From a virus: a stretch of 64,000 bases of DNA. This document shows, piece by piece, positions 51,279-60,160 of the stretch. The position numbers were made by a program, and so were the translations under genes. The notes below the pieces were generated by a model. It worked only from the letters and a program-made list of their open reading frames with translations. It had not been told where the DNA came from and did no database searches. The DNA is taken from the IMG/VR virus record IMGVR_UViG_3300049846_000430, positions 49,401 to 113,400 of that record. One strand, given 5' to 3'. Within the stretch, counting starts at the first letter, position 1. Every line of letters starts with the position of its first letter.

Positions 51279-51989
51279 TTACCATATAATTGTTGATTTT
51301 CCTTGAGATAAAAGGTGATTATTTACTTTATTGAATACATCATCACAGTCCCATACACCACCACTATAAGCTGCAGAAGCCGGGTGATAAACAAAGAATA
51401 TTTTTTGTTGATCAAGATCATCTTTCCATTCTTGTGCTTTTCTACCAAGACATACAACAGCCAGATCTTTATGTTGGTTGTTTATATGATTAAAGACATG
51501 TGTGATAAAGTTTTTCCAAATACCATAATGAGAACCAATCTCATCTATTCTTACAGTAAGAGCAGTATTAAGCATAAGCACACCTTGTTTGGACCATCTG
51601 GACAGATCACAATCTTTATTTTCATATGTACCATACAAAGCATTAAAGATATGCTGCAAAGATTTCTCAGGTTTACCTTTCTTACTGCATGAGAATGATA
51701 TCCCATCTGCCACACCAAACTGCGGGTATGGATCCTGACCTATCATGATTGCTTTCATTTCCTTATAAGGACAGAATATAAAAGCATTGAATATGTCCTT
51801 AAGAACTGGAGTGAATCTATCACCGGCATTTGCTTCCTTTAAAAGAAACTTAACCACATTATCAAAGTCTTCACTTTCTAACCATGGGACCAATACAGGA
51901 CCCCAGTCAGATGATGACTCAATTTTTTCTATGAACCTGTCTCTTTTATCATTAATCAGGTCTTGTTCATTTGAATAATTATTTTTCAT
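51279..51989 (-). CDS. ung: Uracil-DNA glycosylase family 1
   Basis: GQDPYP, GVLMLNTALTV, HPAS. Confidence 0.93.
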   Translation of the reverse strand: MKNNYSNEQDLINDKRDRFIEKIESSSDWGPVLVPWLESEDFDNVVKFLLKEANAGDRFTPVLKDIFNAFIFCPYKEMKAIMIGQDPYPQFGVADGISFSCSKKGKPEKSLQHIFNALYGTYENKDCDLSRWSKQGVLMLNTALTVRIDEIGSHYGIWKNFITHVFNHINNQHKDLAVVCLGRKAQEWKDDLDQQKIFFVYHPASAAYSGGVWDCDDVFNKVNNHLLSQGKSTIIW

Positions 51990-52006
51990 ATCTTTGTTTA
52001 AAAATT

Positions 52007-52441
52007 ATGTCAGAGTTTTTAAAAGCTGTAGATTCTTGGGATTATACCAAGAACATTACCGGACTTGAAGTTAATACCGGTTTCATCACTGGACTTGAAA
52101 ACATTCTCATGTTCTATGTTGTGAATATAGTTGAGGATCCAGCAACATTAGCTGAGACTTTCAAGAAATTTGAACTGATCATTACCAATCAGCAACCAAA
52201 AGAGAACCCAATTGAACTTTCTGATATAGAAAGACAAATGTATGTTCTCTTTTCATTGCTGCAGTTGTTCAAGGCTCATGCCTATGAACAGAAATTAAAT
52301 ATCAAACTTGATTCAAATGTAACAAAAGAACAACTCAGTGAGTATCTCAATGAGGTTGTTAGTGGTGATAAAGATAAAGCCAAGGAGAAACTTGAAAAGA
52401 TAATGAGCTTGATTAAGCCATCATCTGAGGTTCATCCCTGA
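52007..52441 (+). CDS. Hypothetical helical protein, only + strand gene in the - strand block
   Basis: Fills the gap between - strand genes; TATCTTTG at 51989-51996, A-rich leader, ATG 52007. Confidence 0.75.
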   Translation: MSEFLKAVDSWDYTKNITGLEVNTGFITGLENILMFYVVNIVEDPATLAETFKKFELIITNQQPKENPIELSDIERQMYVLFSLLQLFKAHAYEQKLNIKLDSNVTKEQLSEYLNEVVSGDKDKAKEKLEKIMSLIKPSSEVHP

Positions 52442-52804
52442 AAAATCACCAATCTCAATACAAGCTTGGATTGCCAAGCTTAATTCTGCTTTGTCACATT
52501 TAGCTAGAGATTTACAATACTCTAGTCCATCTTTGATAAAACAAAGACCGGCCTTTCTCTTGACCTGTAGTTTCATTTCATCAAAGGTATAACCAATTTC
52601 ATTTGCCAATTCTCTAATCATGGCATGAACTCTGGCAAGTTGAGCATGAGATCCTTTGTCCGTTGAGACAGAAATAAACAACTCTACATGTGCTCCATCT
52701 GGCACATTCTTAAGGAAGTTTTTTACTCTTGTCTCTTGGGCTTTTATAGGATAACTCAGCTCACCGTCTTTAACAGTAAGATTTACAAATATATTTTCCT
52801 TCAT
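52421..52804 (-). CDS. NinB/YbcN-like protein
   Basis: SHAQLARVHAMIRELANEIG...KSLAKCDKAELS. Confidence 0.55.
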   Translation of the reverse strand: MKENIFVNLTVKDGELSYPIKAQETRVKNFLKNVPDGAHVELFISVSTDKGSHAQLARVHAMIRELANEIGYTFDEMKLQVKRKAGLCFIKDGLEYCKSLAKCDKAELSLAIQACIEIGDFSGMNLR

Positions 52805-52986
52805 TCCCAAAGATGTGAGTCAGGATGTTCATCATCCGGATCAGAGATTATAGTGTTAAACTTGATAGGTTTTCTTTTAATCTCTTTCTTTACAGATGGT
52901 TCAATCCTAACGGAACAGCTTAAACTAAAGCTGTCTTCTTTTTTTTCTTTTAGTTTGTCTTTTTCAGTGAGTTCTTTATTTTCCAT
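52801..52986 (-). CDS. Small hypothetical protein
   Basis: ORF; TATCTTTG at 53006-53013. Confidence 0.5.
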   Translation of the reverse strand: MENKELTEKDKLKEKKEDSFSLSCSVRIEPSVKKEIKRKPIKFNTIISDPDDEHPDSHLWE

Positions 52987-53013
52987 TGTCTGATTGATTC
53001 CACTTCAAAGATA

Positions 53014-53220
53014 CTATTTAAACCTTAATGCACTTCCCACTTGAACAAATTCTTGGCCGCAAGATGTGCAGTAATAATCTACTGCACTATCTTGGACAAG
53101 TGTTGGTTTAAAACAGTTTGGACATCTGATATCACTTGGATAATACTCACGTCTTGGTTCAGTGTCAGGATTGTATTCCTGTTCCTGGATTTCTAATGCT
53201 AAGTCTTTTGATTTTTCCAT
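53014..53220 (-). CDS. Small Zn-ribbon protein
   Basis: CPNC...CTSC. Confidence 0.65.
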   Translation of the reverse strand: MEKSKDLALEIQEQEYNPDTEPRREYYPSDIRCPNCFKPTLVQDSAVDYYCTSCGQEFVQVGSALRFK

Positions 53221-53221
53221 G

Positions 53222-54322
53222 TTAGTCTATTAAAGGATTGTAATATCTAATTTTCTCTGCGTCAAGATCTTTAAGAGCATCTTCCACCCATTTCTCATCA
53301 ACAGTGTTTTTATAACACAGGATATGACAAGTTGCTTTCTCATCTGGATTCAATCTGAGCAATCTACCTATTCTCTGAGAAGTTTTTCTCTCATTACCAT
53401 AAGCATGCATGATTATACCTGCTTTTAGATTTGGAATAGTTATACCCTCATTTAACTGAAGTACACAAGAAAGCTTGCTGATTCTGCCATCACTGAATAA
53501 TTCCAGGTTATGAGCAGACATTGGGTTTGCTGAATGATAACTATGTTGACAGATCTTATCAGCTTGCTTCTGTGTATTTGCAAATACAATACACTTGGTT
53601 GATACATTCTGTAAGAGTGTCTTCACATAATCCTCTTTGGTTTTGTAATCCATGAGAGCTTTCATTCTCATGATGGAACTGAATTGTTTATCCTTGGGAC
53701 TTCTTGCATTTATAACCCTACCACTTAGATAAAGATAATCAGCAACCTCAGATGTATACCATTTGTTCCCGGTCTTTGCTTGTTTCATCATGGTATTAAC
53801 CTTGGAAAGCTCAAGCATATGAACAACAATCTGATAATCATTCAGGATAGATTGTTCTGTTGCTTCATCAACTGAGAATTTAAATACAATGGGACAGTAT
53901 TTCTGCACCATTCTATATTTCTCTGTTGTCTTCCTTATAGGTGGAGTACCGGTGAGACCAAGGATCTTTCCTTTGAACATGGAAAGAAATGGTTCATGTG
54001 ATTCAAGTAGGCTGTGACATTCATCCAGATAAACTATATCATAGTCATCCGGGTTGTGCTTTGTTATAGAGATGTAAGTGCTAAAAGTAATATGAGCACT
54101 TAATCCAGTAAGATTCATTTTCTCTAGTTCATCTGTCCATGACTTCTGAACTGCAATTGTGGGAGTAACAACAAGAACTCTAATTAAGGGATTGTAGTTT
54201 TTCTGCAGATGCTGAATAGCAATTCTGGTTTTACCTACACCCATAGAGATTCCTAACCCACACCGTTTGTAATTTTCTGTTTTCTTTAAAGCTTGTGATT
54301 GAATTATTTCTCTGCTAGTCAT
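53222..54322 (-). CDS. Superfamily 2 helicase
   Basis: MGVGKT, LDECH, LGLTGTP, QRIGR; ATG 54322 avoids overlap with the tRNA. Confidence 0.9.
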   Translation of the reverse strand: MTSREIIQSQALKKTENYKRCGLGISMGVGKTRIAIQHLQKNYNPLIRVLVVTPTIAVQKSWTDELEKMNLTGLSAHITFSTYISITKHNPDDYDIVYLDECHSLLESHEPFLSMFKGKILGLTGTPPIRKTTEKYRMVQKYCPIVFKFSVDEATEQSILNDYQIVVHMLELSKVNTMMKQAKTGNKWYTSEVADYLYLSGRVINARSPKDKQFSSIMRMKALMDYKTKEDYVKTLLQNVSTKCIVFANTQKQADKICQHSYHSANPMSAHNLELFSDGRISKLSCVLQLNEGITIPNLKAGIIMHAYGNERKTSQRIGRLLRLNPDEKATCHILCYKNTVDEKWVEDALKDLDAEKIRYYNPLID

Positions 54323-54334
54323 TTTAAAAGTTAG

Positions 54335-54408
54335 TGTTCCCAACAGGACTCGAACCTGTGGCCTACTGCTTAGAAGGCAGTTGCTCTATCCAGCTGAGCT
54401 ATGAGAAC
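54335..54408 (-). tRNA. tRNA-Arg(UCU)
   Basis: Canonical cloverleaf GTTCTCATAGCTCAGCTGGATAGAGCA-ACTGC-CTTCTAA-GCAGT-AGGCC-ACAGG-TTCGAGT-CCTGT-TGGGAAC-A; no encoded CCA. Confidence 0.95.
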
Positions 54409-54568
54409 AATGATGTACCGTTCCTATCTACTTTATGAACATACGGTACCAGATGCTTCCTCATAACCTTCGGATAGGTAAGTTTTGAGGATGAGAAGTC
54501 CTCTGTGTTGTAGTGGTTTATTAACACTCTTGACACATACATTCCTTTCTCAAGGGAACAACACTTTG

Positions 54569-54655
54569 TGACCAGTAAGGGATTTGAACCCTCATCCTCC
54601 ATACAATGGAGATGCTACCCTAGGTGGTATTTATTCCCACTTACACCAACTGGTC
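54569..54655 (-). ncRNA. tRNA-like RNA with D-loop insertion and abnormal anticodon loop
   Basis: 7-bp acceptor GACCAGT/ACTGGTC; T arm GAGGG-TTCAAAT-CCCTT. Confidence 0.6.
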
Positions 54656-54670
54656 TCTTTAACTACAAAG

Positions 54671-55027
54671 TTAAAGGTTCATAAGAAGTTCAATTGCTTT
54701 CTTCTTATAAGTTCTGTTCATCTTAACAAGATTGGCCATAGTTATTTCAAATATGTCATCTTCAGATAAATTGCTTTTGAGATCCCTTCTTGCATTCTTT
54801 TGGTTGTGTAATGTGGCAACGCCAGTATTACTAACCACAGAAATAGCAAGGTTGTTATCTTTAATGTTCTTGTAATACCTAACAGAGATTGACATTGGAC
54901 TTCTGTCAATTTCTTTTGAGGCTTCTTCAAAGGCAGCTCTAAGGTTGTTAGGATAACTCTTTACATAGGACAAAACAATGTTGTCCTCTTTTTTAGTCCA
55001 TTTAGTTTTCTGTGTCTTGGTTGTCAT
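54671..55027 (-). CDS. Myb/SANT-like HTH protein
   Basis: KWTKKEDNIVL...IDRSPMSISVRYY. Confidence 0.6.
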   Translation of the reverse strand: MTTKTQKTKWTKKEDNIVLSYVKSYPNNLRAAFEEASKEIDRSPMSISVRYYKNIKDNNLAISVVSNTGVATLHNQKNARRDLKSNLSEDDIFEITMANLVKMNRTYKKKAIELLMNL

Positions 55028-55316
55028 TTGATTCCTCCTTCATTTGTCTTGCTATGCCTTTGAGAATTGCTAATGGATTATCTGCAATCCATTGTTCTGT
55101 TTTTTCAACCAATGATACGGTTGCAAGTAACAGTAACTCCTTGTAAGAGAGTTCATTTGCAATTTCTTCAGCTAGTAAACTTTGCTTGTGATGTTTGTGT
55201 AATAGGTTATTGCACATGGTGCTAACCTTCTCACTTAATTCTTCAATTTGAGAGTCAGACAAATCTAAGGCTTTTGTAAGTTTGTCTTCTTGATGGTTAA
55301 ATGTTATTTTGCTCAT
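55002..55316 (-). CDS. Hypothetical protein
   Basis: ORF. Confidence 0.6.
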   Translation of the reverse strand: MSKITFNHQEDKLTKALDLSDSQIEELSEKVSTMCNNLLHKHHKQSLLAEEIANELSYKELLLLATVSLVEKTEQWIADNPLAILKGIARQMKEESNDNQDTEN

Positions 55317-55319
55317 TAT

Positions 55320-55583
55320 TTAAATTCTTGTTTCTGAAAATCCTAATTCCTTTGCATCTTCTGGATGTGTTTCAATCCAGTCATGACAGTTTCTGCACAC
55401 AGGAAGCCAGGTAGAAGTATCCAAATGATACTTCCCCCGACCTTTCTTGTGATGCACGTCAGTTGCTCTTTGTGTACACTTGTAAATCTTAGCATGACAC
55501 ATAGGGTTATTTGACAGATACTTCTTTCTCTCTTGAGAATAAGCACTGTTAACCTTGGACATTTTAGATGATACCTTTTTCAA
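55320..55583 (-). CDS. Small HNH endonuclease-like protein
   Basis: C...C...DVHHKKGRG...LPVCRNCH. Confidence 0.75.
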   Translation of the reverse strand: MKKVSSKMSKVNSAYSQERKKYLSNNPMCHAKIYKCTQRATDVHHKKGRGKYHLDTSTWLPVCRNCHDWIETHPEDAKELGFSETRI

Positions 55584-56100
55584 GTTTAGGTTTTAAATCT
55601 AAAAAGTTTTTGGGTAATAAACCTTTGGCCATGAAGAACAAGATTAAATCTTCATAGTTTATGTTTAGATCTTTGAATGTAAGTTTGTTTACATACTCAG
55701 GATCTATCTCATCAACTGGTATCTCAAGAATCTCTTTACCAAGAGGACTCTTTTCAAATACCTTGAAGATCTGATTGAATTTCTTTGCACAGATAACCTG
55801 CTTCCATCTGTTCACTTCATCTTGGGCTCTCTGCCACACTTTCTTAATTCTTCTTTTCTTGTCCCAGTGAAGCTGTTCAATTTCTGCAGGTGTGTAGACA
55901 TTCAATCCATGAAGGACTCTCTTAAAGAGAAAGTGCTGATAAGGATTAAGCTTTGTGTAATCAAGCTTGTGACTTTCCTTTTCAGCGTACAATTGATACT
56001 CTGATAGAATACCTAAGTATTCATATCTTTCTTTTCTTTCAGAGAGTTTTTGAATTTGAAGTTGTTTCTGGATTTGTTGTTTTTGACTTTCATTAAGCAT
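55564..56100 (-). CDS. Hypothetical protein
   Basis: ATG 56100 after an AACCTAA...CATATG leader. Confidence 0.7.
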   Translation of the reverse strand: MLNESQKQQIQKQLQIQKLSERKERYEYLGILSEYQLYAEKESHKLDYTKLNPYQHFLFKRVLHGLNVYTPAEIEQLHWDKKRRIKKVWQRAQDEVNRWKQVICAKKFNQIFKVFEKSPLGKEILEIPVDEIDPEYVNKLTFKDLNINYEDLILFFMAKGLLPKNFLDLKPKLEKGII

Positions 56101-56127
56101 ATGTGTAAATTGATTAGGTTGAATTAT

Positions 56128-56154
56128 AAAGAGGGCAGAGTTTCCCCTGCCCTC
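56128..56154 (-). terminator. Terminator-like hairpin
   Basis: GAGGGCAGGG-GAAA-CTCTGCCCTC-TTT. Confidence 0.7.
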
Positions 56155-56168
56155 CATTGTTTCAGTTC

Positions 56169-56699
56169 TTAGCTGAGCTCAAAGGTGGTGTTATCATCTT
56201 CAATAACATCTTCCTCTGTGCTATCAATCTCATTTGCTATTTCTCTAAACACATCTTTACCGATGGCATTAGGAGCAAAGTTAGAGTTGGCTTCACGGAT
56301 GGCATCACCATTGGTATGAGCAATAGTCTCATCCTCAGCATTAGGATCATATGTAAAGAAAGTTTTCCTATAAATAGGTTGACCGTGGTAGCAACAGATA
56401 ATGCCAGTTTCACCGGCTATCTTCAGATCACGGTCTGGATCATTCTTACTGAATGGTTCAAGACTTTCTTTAACTACAATCTTACCGTTGAGCTCAGATA
56501 TCTTATCATAACCAGCTTCTTGAAGATCTTCAATGGTGCCGTGGATAAGAGTGCTAAGCTCAGATTTTTTTACCCAGTTGTTTGTTCCCATGGTAATTCT
56601 CTTTTGAACTACTCTAACATGTCCGAACTCAGGGTTAGTTTTAGACATACGGATGTTGTTCCCCATTTCATCAGGGATGATTTGAACTTTAGTTTGCAT
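56169..56699 (-). CDS. Hypothetical protein, possible OB-fold ssDNA-binding protein
   Basis: Beta-rich core, acidic C-terminal tail ending FELS. Confidence 0.55.
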   Translation of the reverse strand: MQTKVQIIPDEMGNNIRMSKTNPEFGHVRVVQKRITMGTNNWVKKSELSTLIHGTIEDLQEAGYDKISELNGKIVVKESLEPFSKNDPDRDLKIAGETGIICCYHGQPIYRKTFFTYDPNAEDETIAHTNGDAIREANSNFAPNAIGKDVFREIANEIDSTEEDVIEDDNTTFELS

Positions 56700-56734
56700 T
56701 TTGTTGGTTTTATTAAAGGGTTAATTGTTTCTGT

Positions 56735-57028
56735 TTACTCATCCATCCTATAAAAGTCCTCATCAGCAAGCTTTTCAGTTTCACTAATCTCAAATAGTTC
56801 TGGTGTGAAGTCTTCCTCAGCAAGAAGTATCTCATATACTTCATCAGAGAAATCATCATCATCCAGGCATGCTTTAGATGAACTGTAAAGATTTTGAAAA
56901 GGATTATTATAGTCAGATGTAAATGCAGAAGCAATACCATTTAACTCTTGTATTTCATGATCATTGAGAATCAGAAAATGCTCAAGGGAAAGTTCAATTG
57001 TCCGGCCAGATGGCAACTGAAATAACAT
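56735..57028 (-). CDS. Acidic hypothetical protein
   Basis: MLFQLPSGRTIELS...; D/E-rich. Confidence 0.65.
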   Translation of the reverse strand: MLFQLPSGRTIELSLEHFLILNDHEIQELNGIASAFTSDYNNPFQNLYSSSKACLDDDDFSDEVYEILLAEEDFTPELFEISETEKLADEDFYRMDE

Positions 57029-57139
57029 TTTATCTAACAAATATTGATGTAAAATTAGATAAAACAGTTGCTCTTCCTAAACAATTAACTTTTAAATGGT
57101 ATAACTTCTATAAAATATAGTGCAGCTTTATAGCTACAA

Positions 57140-57670
57140 TTAAATTAAAGGCTCTAATTTGGCTAATTGAGACACATGATCTTTATAGCCTTCATATTTT
57201 GTACTAAATTTTGGTATATCAGTGGCCTGTATCTTTATCACATCACCGGTAGACAAGCTTTCATTATAATAAGAAACTTGTTTTTGGTCATCATGAAAGA
57301 AAGCACTGACTTTGATTTTACCATAGTACGGGTTATAACCTGAATTCCAGGACTCATCCCCTAATACGACAGCATAGACATAGTAAAAATCTTTCTCTAT
57401 AGATAAGAAACCCATTTCATTAAGAATGTCTGGGTTAAATCTCTTATCTACATAAGACTTTGGGGCTTTGAACTTAATAAAATCACCAGGATAGACAAGA
57501 TCTACATCTCCGTCTATATCTGATAACACATCAGTTATGTATCTGATGGTGTTAGAATTGACAGTATTAAGAAAAGCATCCAAAATGAAATCTACTTTTG
57601 TCCCTGATGCTATTGCATCTTTAAGGATTCTTCTTATTAAACTTTTTTTTACTACTACTTCTTCTTCCAT
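57140..57670 (-). CDS. Hypothetical protein
   Basis: ORF. Confidence 0.65.
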   Translation of the reverse strand: MEEEVVVKKSLIRRILKDAIASGTKVDFILDAFLNTVNSNTIRYITDVLSDIDGDVDLVYPGDFIKFKAPKSYVDKRFNPDILNEMGFLSIEKDFYYVYAVVLGDESWNSGYNPYYGKIKVSAFFHDDQKQVSYYNESLSTGDVIKIQATDIPKFSTKYEGYKDHVSQLAKLEPLI

Positions 57671-57756
57671 AAAATAAAAGATCTCTGCTTGTTAAACAAC
57701 TTGCGTCCCTACTGGGAACAGAGATACTTTAACACCTAAATCAACACATATGTGGG

Positions 57757-58401
57757 TTACCCCAATATATTTTTGATGAATTCTCCTTGAATGTTAAGGA
57801 TACCATGATCTATGTAATAGTAGTGTTTAGATATATCACCATATTTACCAGATAATACATCAACCATCTTGTCACTATTCTCTTTAATCTTGTTTCTTAC
57901 ATTAGAGAACATACCAGATAAGTCTCTTATGACCCTAATAGAATCATAAGAATCAAGAAATGCTAAACCTTCAGTCTCCAAAGTAGTTTCAATCTGATAG
58001 CATTCATTATTTATCTTGATACTACAGTTTTCATACTTAAAGTGTATATCATAGATATACATAAAGTTGTTACAATTCTTCATATCAGACATGAGCTTTT
58101 GCATCCATTTTGGTGATTTGGTTGATACAAGAACATTTGTAGTTGTTATATCATTAGCAATCTCATATCTCTGGTTGATAATCTTATCATAGAACTTCTG
58201 CCATTTGTAAATAACTTTCTGGTTATCATATAAGCCTTTGGATATACAAGAAGCTCTGTATTTCCTATAACCCTTTTTACGTTCATCATCAATTTCCTGT
58301 CTATGAAACACATAATGACTACCATTACCTATACTGTTAAGAATAAGTTCGGATGATTTACTTTGAATTGCTTCTGCTGTAATTATCTCTTGGACATCCA
58401 T
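57757..58401 (-). CDS. Hypothetical protein
   Basis: ORF. Confidence 0.65.
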   Translation of the reverse strand: MDVQEIITAEAIQSKSSELILNSIGNGSHYVFHRQEIDDERKKGYRKYRASCISKGLYDNQKVIYKWQKFYDKIINQRYEIANDITTTNVLVSTKSPKWMQKLMSDMKNCNNFMYIYDIHFKYENCSIKINNECYQIETTLETEGLAFLDSYDSIRVIRDLSGMFSNVRNKIKENSDKMVDVLSGKYGDISKHYYYIDHGILNIQGEFIKNILG

Positions 58402-58565
58402 TCTGCTAATTGATAAATGAGTAAGACCATAGTAACTACACCAGATAGAACAGCACCGTATAAAAATCCGGCTTCTTGTTCTTCAGATAAAATGTACAAT
58501 TGATTGCACATTCCCATGATTGCTGCAAATAATACAGCAAAGATGGAGATAAATAGATTTTTCAT
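58383..58565 (-). CDS. Small 2-TM membrane protein
   Basis: Two hydrophobic helices. Confidence 0.6.
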   Translation of the reverse strand: MKNLFISIFAVLFAAIMGMCNQLYILSEEQEAGFLYGAVLSGVVTMVLLIYQLAEWMSKR

Positions 58566-58768
58566 GTTGTAAAAGGTTTATTGATTTGTTTGAAAGATTC
58601 TTTTAATTGTGCTAATGCTTCAGGATCATCAATCTTATACTTCTCATATAGAGAAATAATATGTTTAAGGCATATAGCCGTGCAATGTTTAGACAATGAT
58701 GGTAACATCACTGCATTGTGGATCTCATTATAGAGATCATTTGCGGTTTTACTTTTAATATCATTCAT
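58562..58768 (-). CDS. Hypothetical protein
   Basis: ORF with ATGA overlaps. Confidence 0.6.
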   Translation of the reverse strand: MNDIKSKTANDLYNEIHNAVMLPSLSKHCTAICLKHIISLYEKYKIDDPEALAQLKESFKQINKPFTT

Positions 58769-59007
58769 CCTGTATAACTTCTTCCTGTTAGTTCATCATC
58801 CCAGATTCTAAATCTGAACCAGTCTTCTTGTGATGGTATATCATCTGCCATGCTAGCATAGTCAAATGATTCAACACCTTCTTCAACTGGAAATGATTGG
58901 GCAACTTCTACTGTAGATTCTTGAGTGACTGTAGGTTTGGGGTCTGGATTCAACCTGGCAAACCAATCTTCAAATCTCTCGGCTTCAGGTAATTCTAGAT
59001 TGTTCAT
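58765..59007 (-). CDS. Acidic hypothetical protein
   Basis: ATG 59007 directly after TATATTTG (59011-59018). Confidence 0.6.
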   Translation of the reverse strand: MNNLELPEAERFEDWFARLNPDPKPTVTQESTVEVAQSFPVEEGVESFDYASMADDIPSQEDWFRFRIWDDELTGRSYTG

Positions 59008-59036
59008 ATACAAATATATTTGTTTTTGGTTTAGTT

Positions 59037-59069
59037 CAAAAGAAAAGTGCCACCTTGTGAGTGGCACTT
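59037..59069 (-). terminator. Rho-independent terminator
   Basis: AAGTGCCAC-TCACAAG-GTGGCACTT followed by TTCTTTT. Confidence 0.8.
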
Positions 59070-59088
59070 GTCAGATGGAAAGTTTGAG

Positions 59089-59229
59089 TTAACTAATGGT
59101 GATTTTGTTTCTCTCACCATCTATTTCCTCATAGATGTAACCCACGTCTGTGAGTTTGGCAGCCAAGTTGATACTTGGTGTAGCCAGTTCTTTACCATCC
59201 CGGATGTAAATGTAAATTGGTTCTGTCAT
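59089..59229 (-). CDS. 46-aa hypothetical protein (not in ORF track)
   Basis: MTEPIYIYIRDGKELATPSINLAAKLTDVGYIYEEIDGERNKITIS, between TAGATTTG (59234-59241) and a terminator. Confidence 0.65.
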   Translation of the reverse strand: MTEPIYIYIRDGKELATPSINLAAKLTDVGYIYEEIDGERNKITIS

Positions 59230-59250
59230 GTAGCAAATCTAAGAAAAATT

Positions 59251-59370
59251 TTAGAATATTCCTCTGAAGGAGTCTTTTAATACTTTTTTCTTAGGAGTCT
59301 TAACTTCAGATCTGTTTACAATCTTTGCCTGAGTAACAGGCTTTTGGGTTTGGAATACGACTTGTCTCAT
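59251..59370 (-). CDS. 39-aa basic hypothetical protein (not in ORF track)
   Basis: ATGA overlap with upstream stop; fills the gap. Confidence 0.4.
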   Translation of the reverse strand: MRQVVFQTQKPVTQAKIVNRSEVKTPKKKVLKDSFRGIF

Positions 59371-59552
59371 ATGTATTTTTTTAAAGGTTTGTTTACACGT
59401 ATTTGAATAAGGATTACAATAATGGCAAGCAACATGAAGTAACTTGCAAGAGCCAGGTTAAACCATTTGGATTGATCCTGGATAAAGAAGGCAAATCCAC
59501 CCCCACATAAAAACATGAGGGTGGATATGAGATAGTTTACGATTGCTTTCAT
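59367..59552 (-). CDS. Small 2-TM membrane protein
   Basis: Hydrophobic helices. Confidence 0.6.
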   Translation of the reverse strand: MKAIVNYLISTLMFLCGGGFAFFIQDQSKWFNLALASYFMLLAIIVILIQIRVNKPLKKYI

Positions 59553-59800
59553 GACTCATTAATAGCAAAGAAGTGAGCCAGCAATCCTGCACAAAGCAAG
59601 ATAGTGAGCACTATACTTACACCAATGTTACCATCAGCTGTATAGTTACTTATGAAAGAAACTGCAAAGCTGCTACCTGCAACAGAGTTGAAGATACCAG
59701 CACATACAGCTATCAATAAGTGAATGCCCATGAAGAAGATAAAAGGTAACATCATGAAACCAATTATCTTAATACCTGTGAATGTGATACTCTTGTACAT
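59549..59800 (-). CDS. Small membrane protein
   Basis: ATG 59800; two long hydrophobic segments. Confidence 0.6.
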   Translation of the reverse strand: MYKSITFTGIKIIGFMMLPFIFFMGIHLLIAVCAGIFNSVAGSSFAVSFISNYTADGNIGVSIVLTILLCAGLLAHFFAINES

Positions 59801-59810
59801 AACTTGATAA

Positions 59811-59957
59811 TTAATAACTGTTCCAACCTCTGGTGAAGTTGTTATTCCAGTGTTTCTTGTTGTACTTAGAGCACCTGGGTCCATGATTCTTTGCAGAACC
59901 ACATGAGAATATAGCTATCATGACAGCTATACCTAATAGAATGAGAATCTTTTTCAT
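59811..59957 (-). CDS. 48-aa lipoprotein (not in ORF track)
   Basis: MKKILILLGIAVMIAIFSC lipoprotein signal; AAACCTTAA...CATATG leader. Confidence 0.65.
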   Translation of the reverse strand: MKKILILLGIAVMIAIFSCGSAKNHGPRCSKYNKKHWNNNFTRGWNSY

Positions 59958-59974
59958 ATGTTTGTTATTAAGGT

Positions 59975-60160
59975 TTATTCTGAATGAGAGGCATCACCGT
60001 CCCAAAAGTCACATTCAGTTAGAGACTCATGGCACTGTTGACACATGTGATAATCATCACAGGTACAAGTAAGATCAGGAGAAATACTGTAAAGCATAAA
60101 CTTATCAGCATCTTCCTGTGCAAACTCACCGTTTACTTTGAAAAATTTCATAGATTCCAT
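59975..60160 (-). CDS. Small Cys-rich protein
   Basis: CTCDDYHMCQQCH. Confidence 0.5.
   Translation of the reverse strand: MESMKFFKVNGEFAQEDADKFMLYSISPDLTCTCDDYHMCQQCHESLTECDFWDGDASHSE

Noticed and set aside
56157-56753. 198-aa + strand ORF (and similarly 24937-25521 on -, 41383-41928 on +)
   Set aside because: Antisense shadows of better-supported genes
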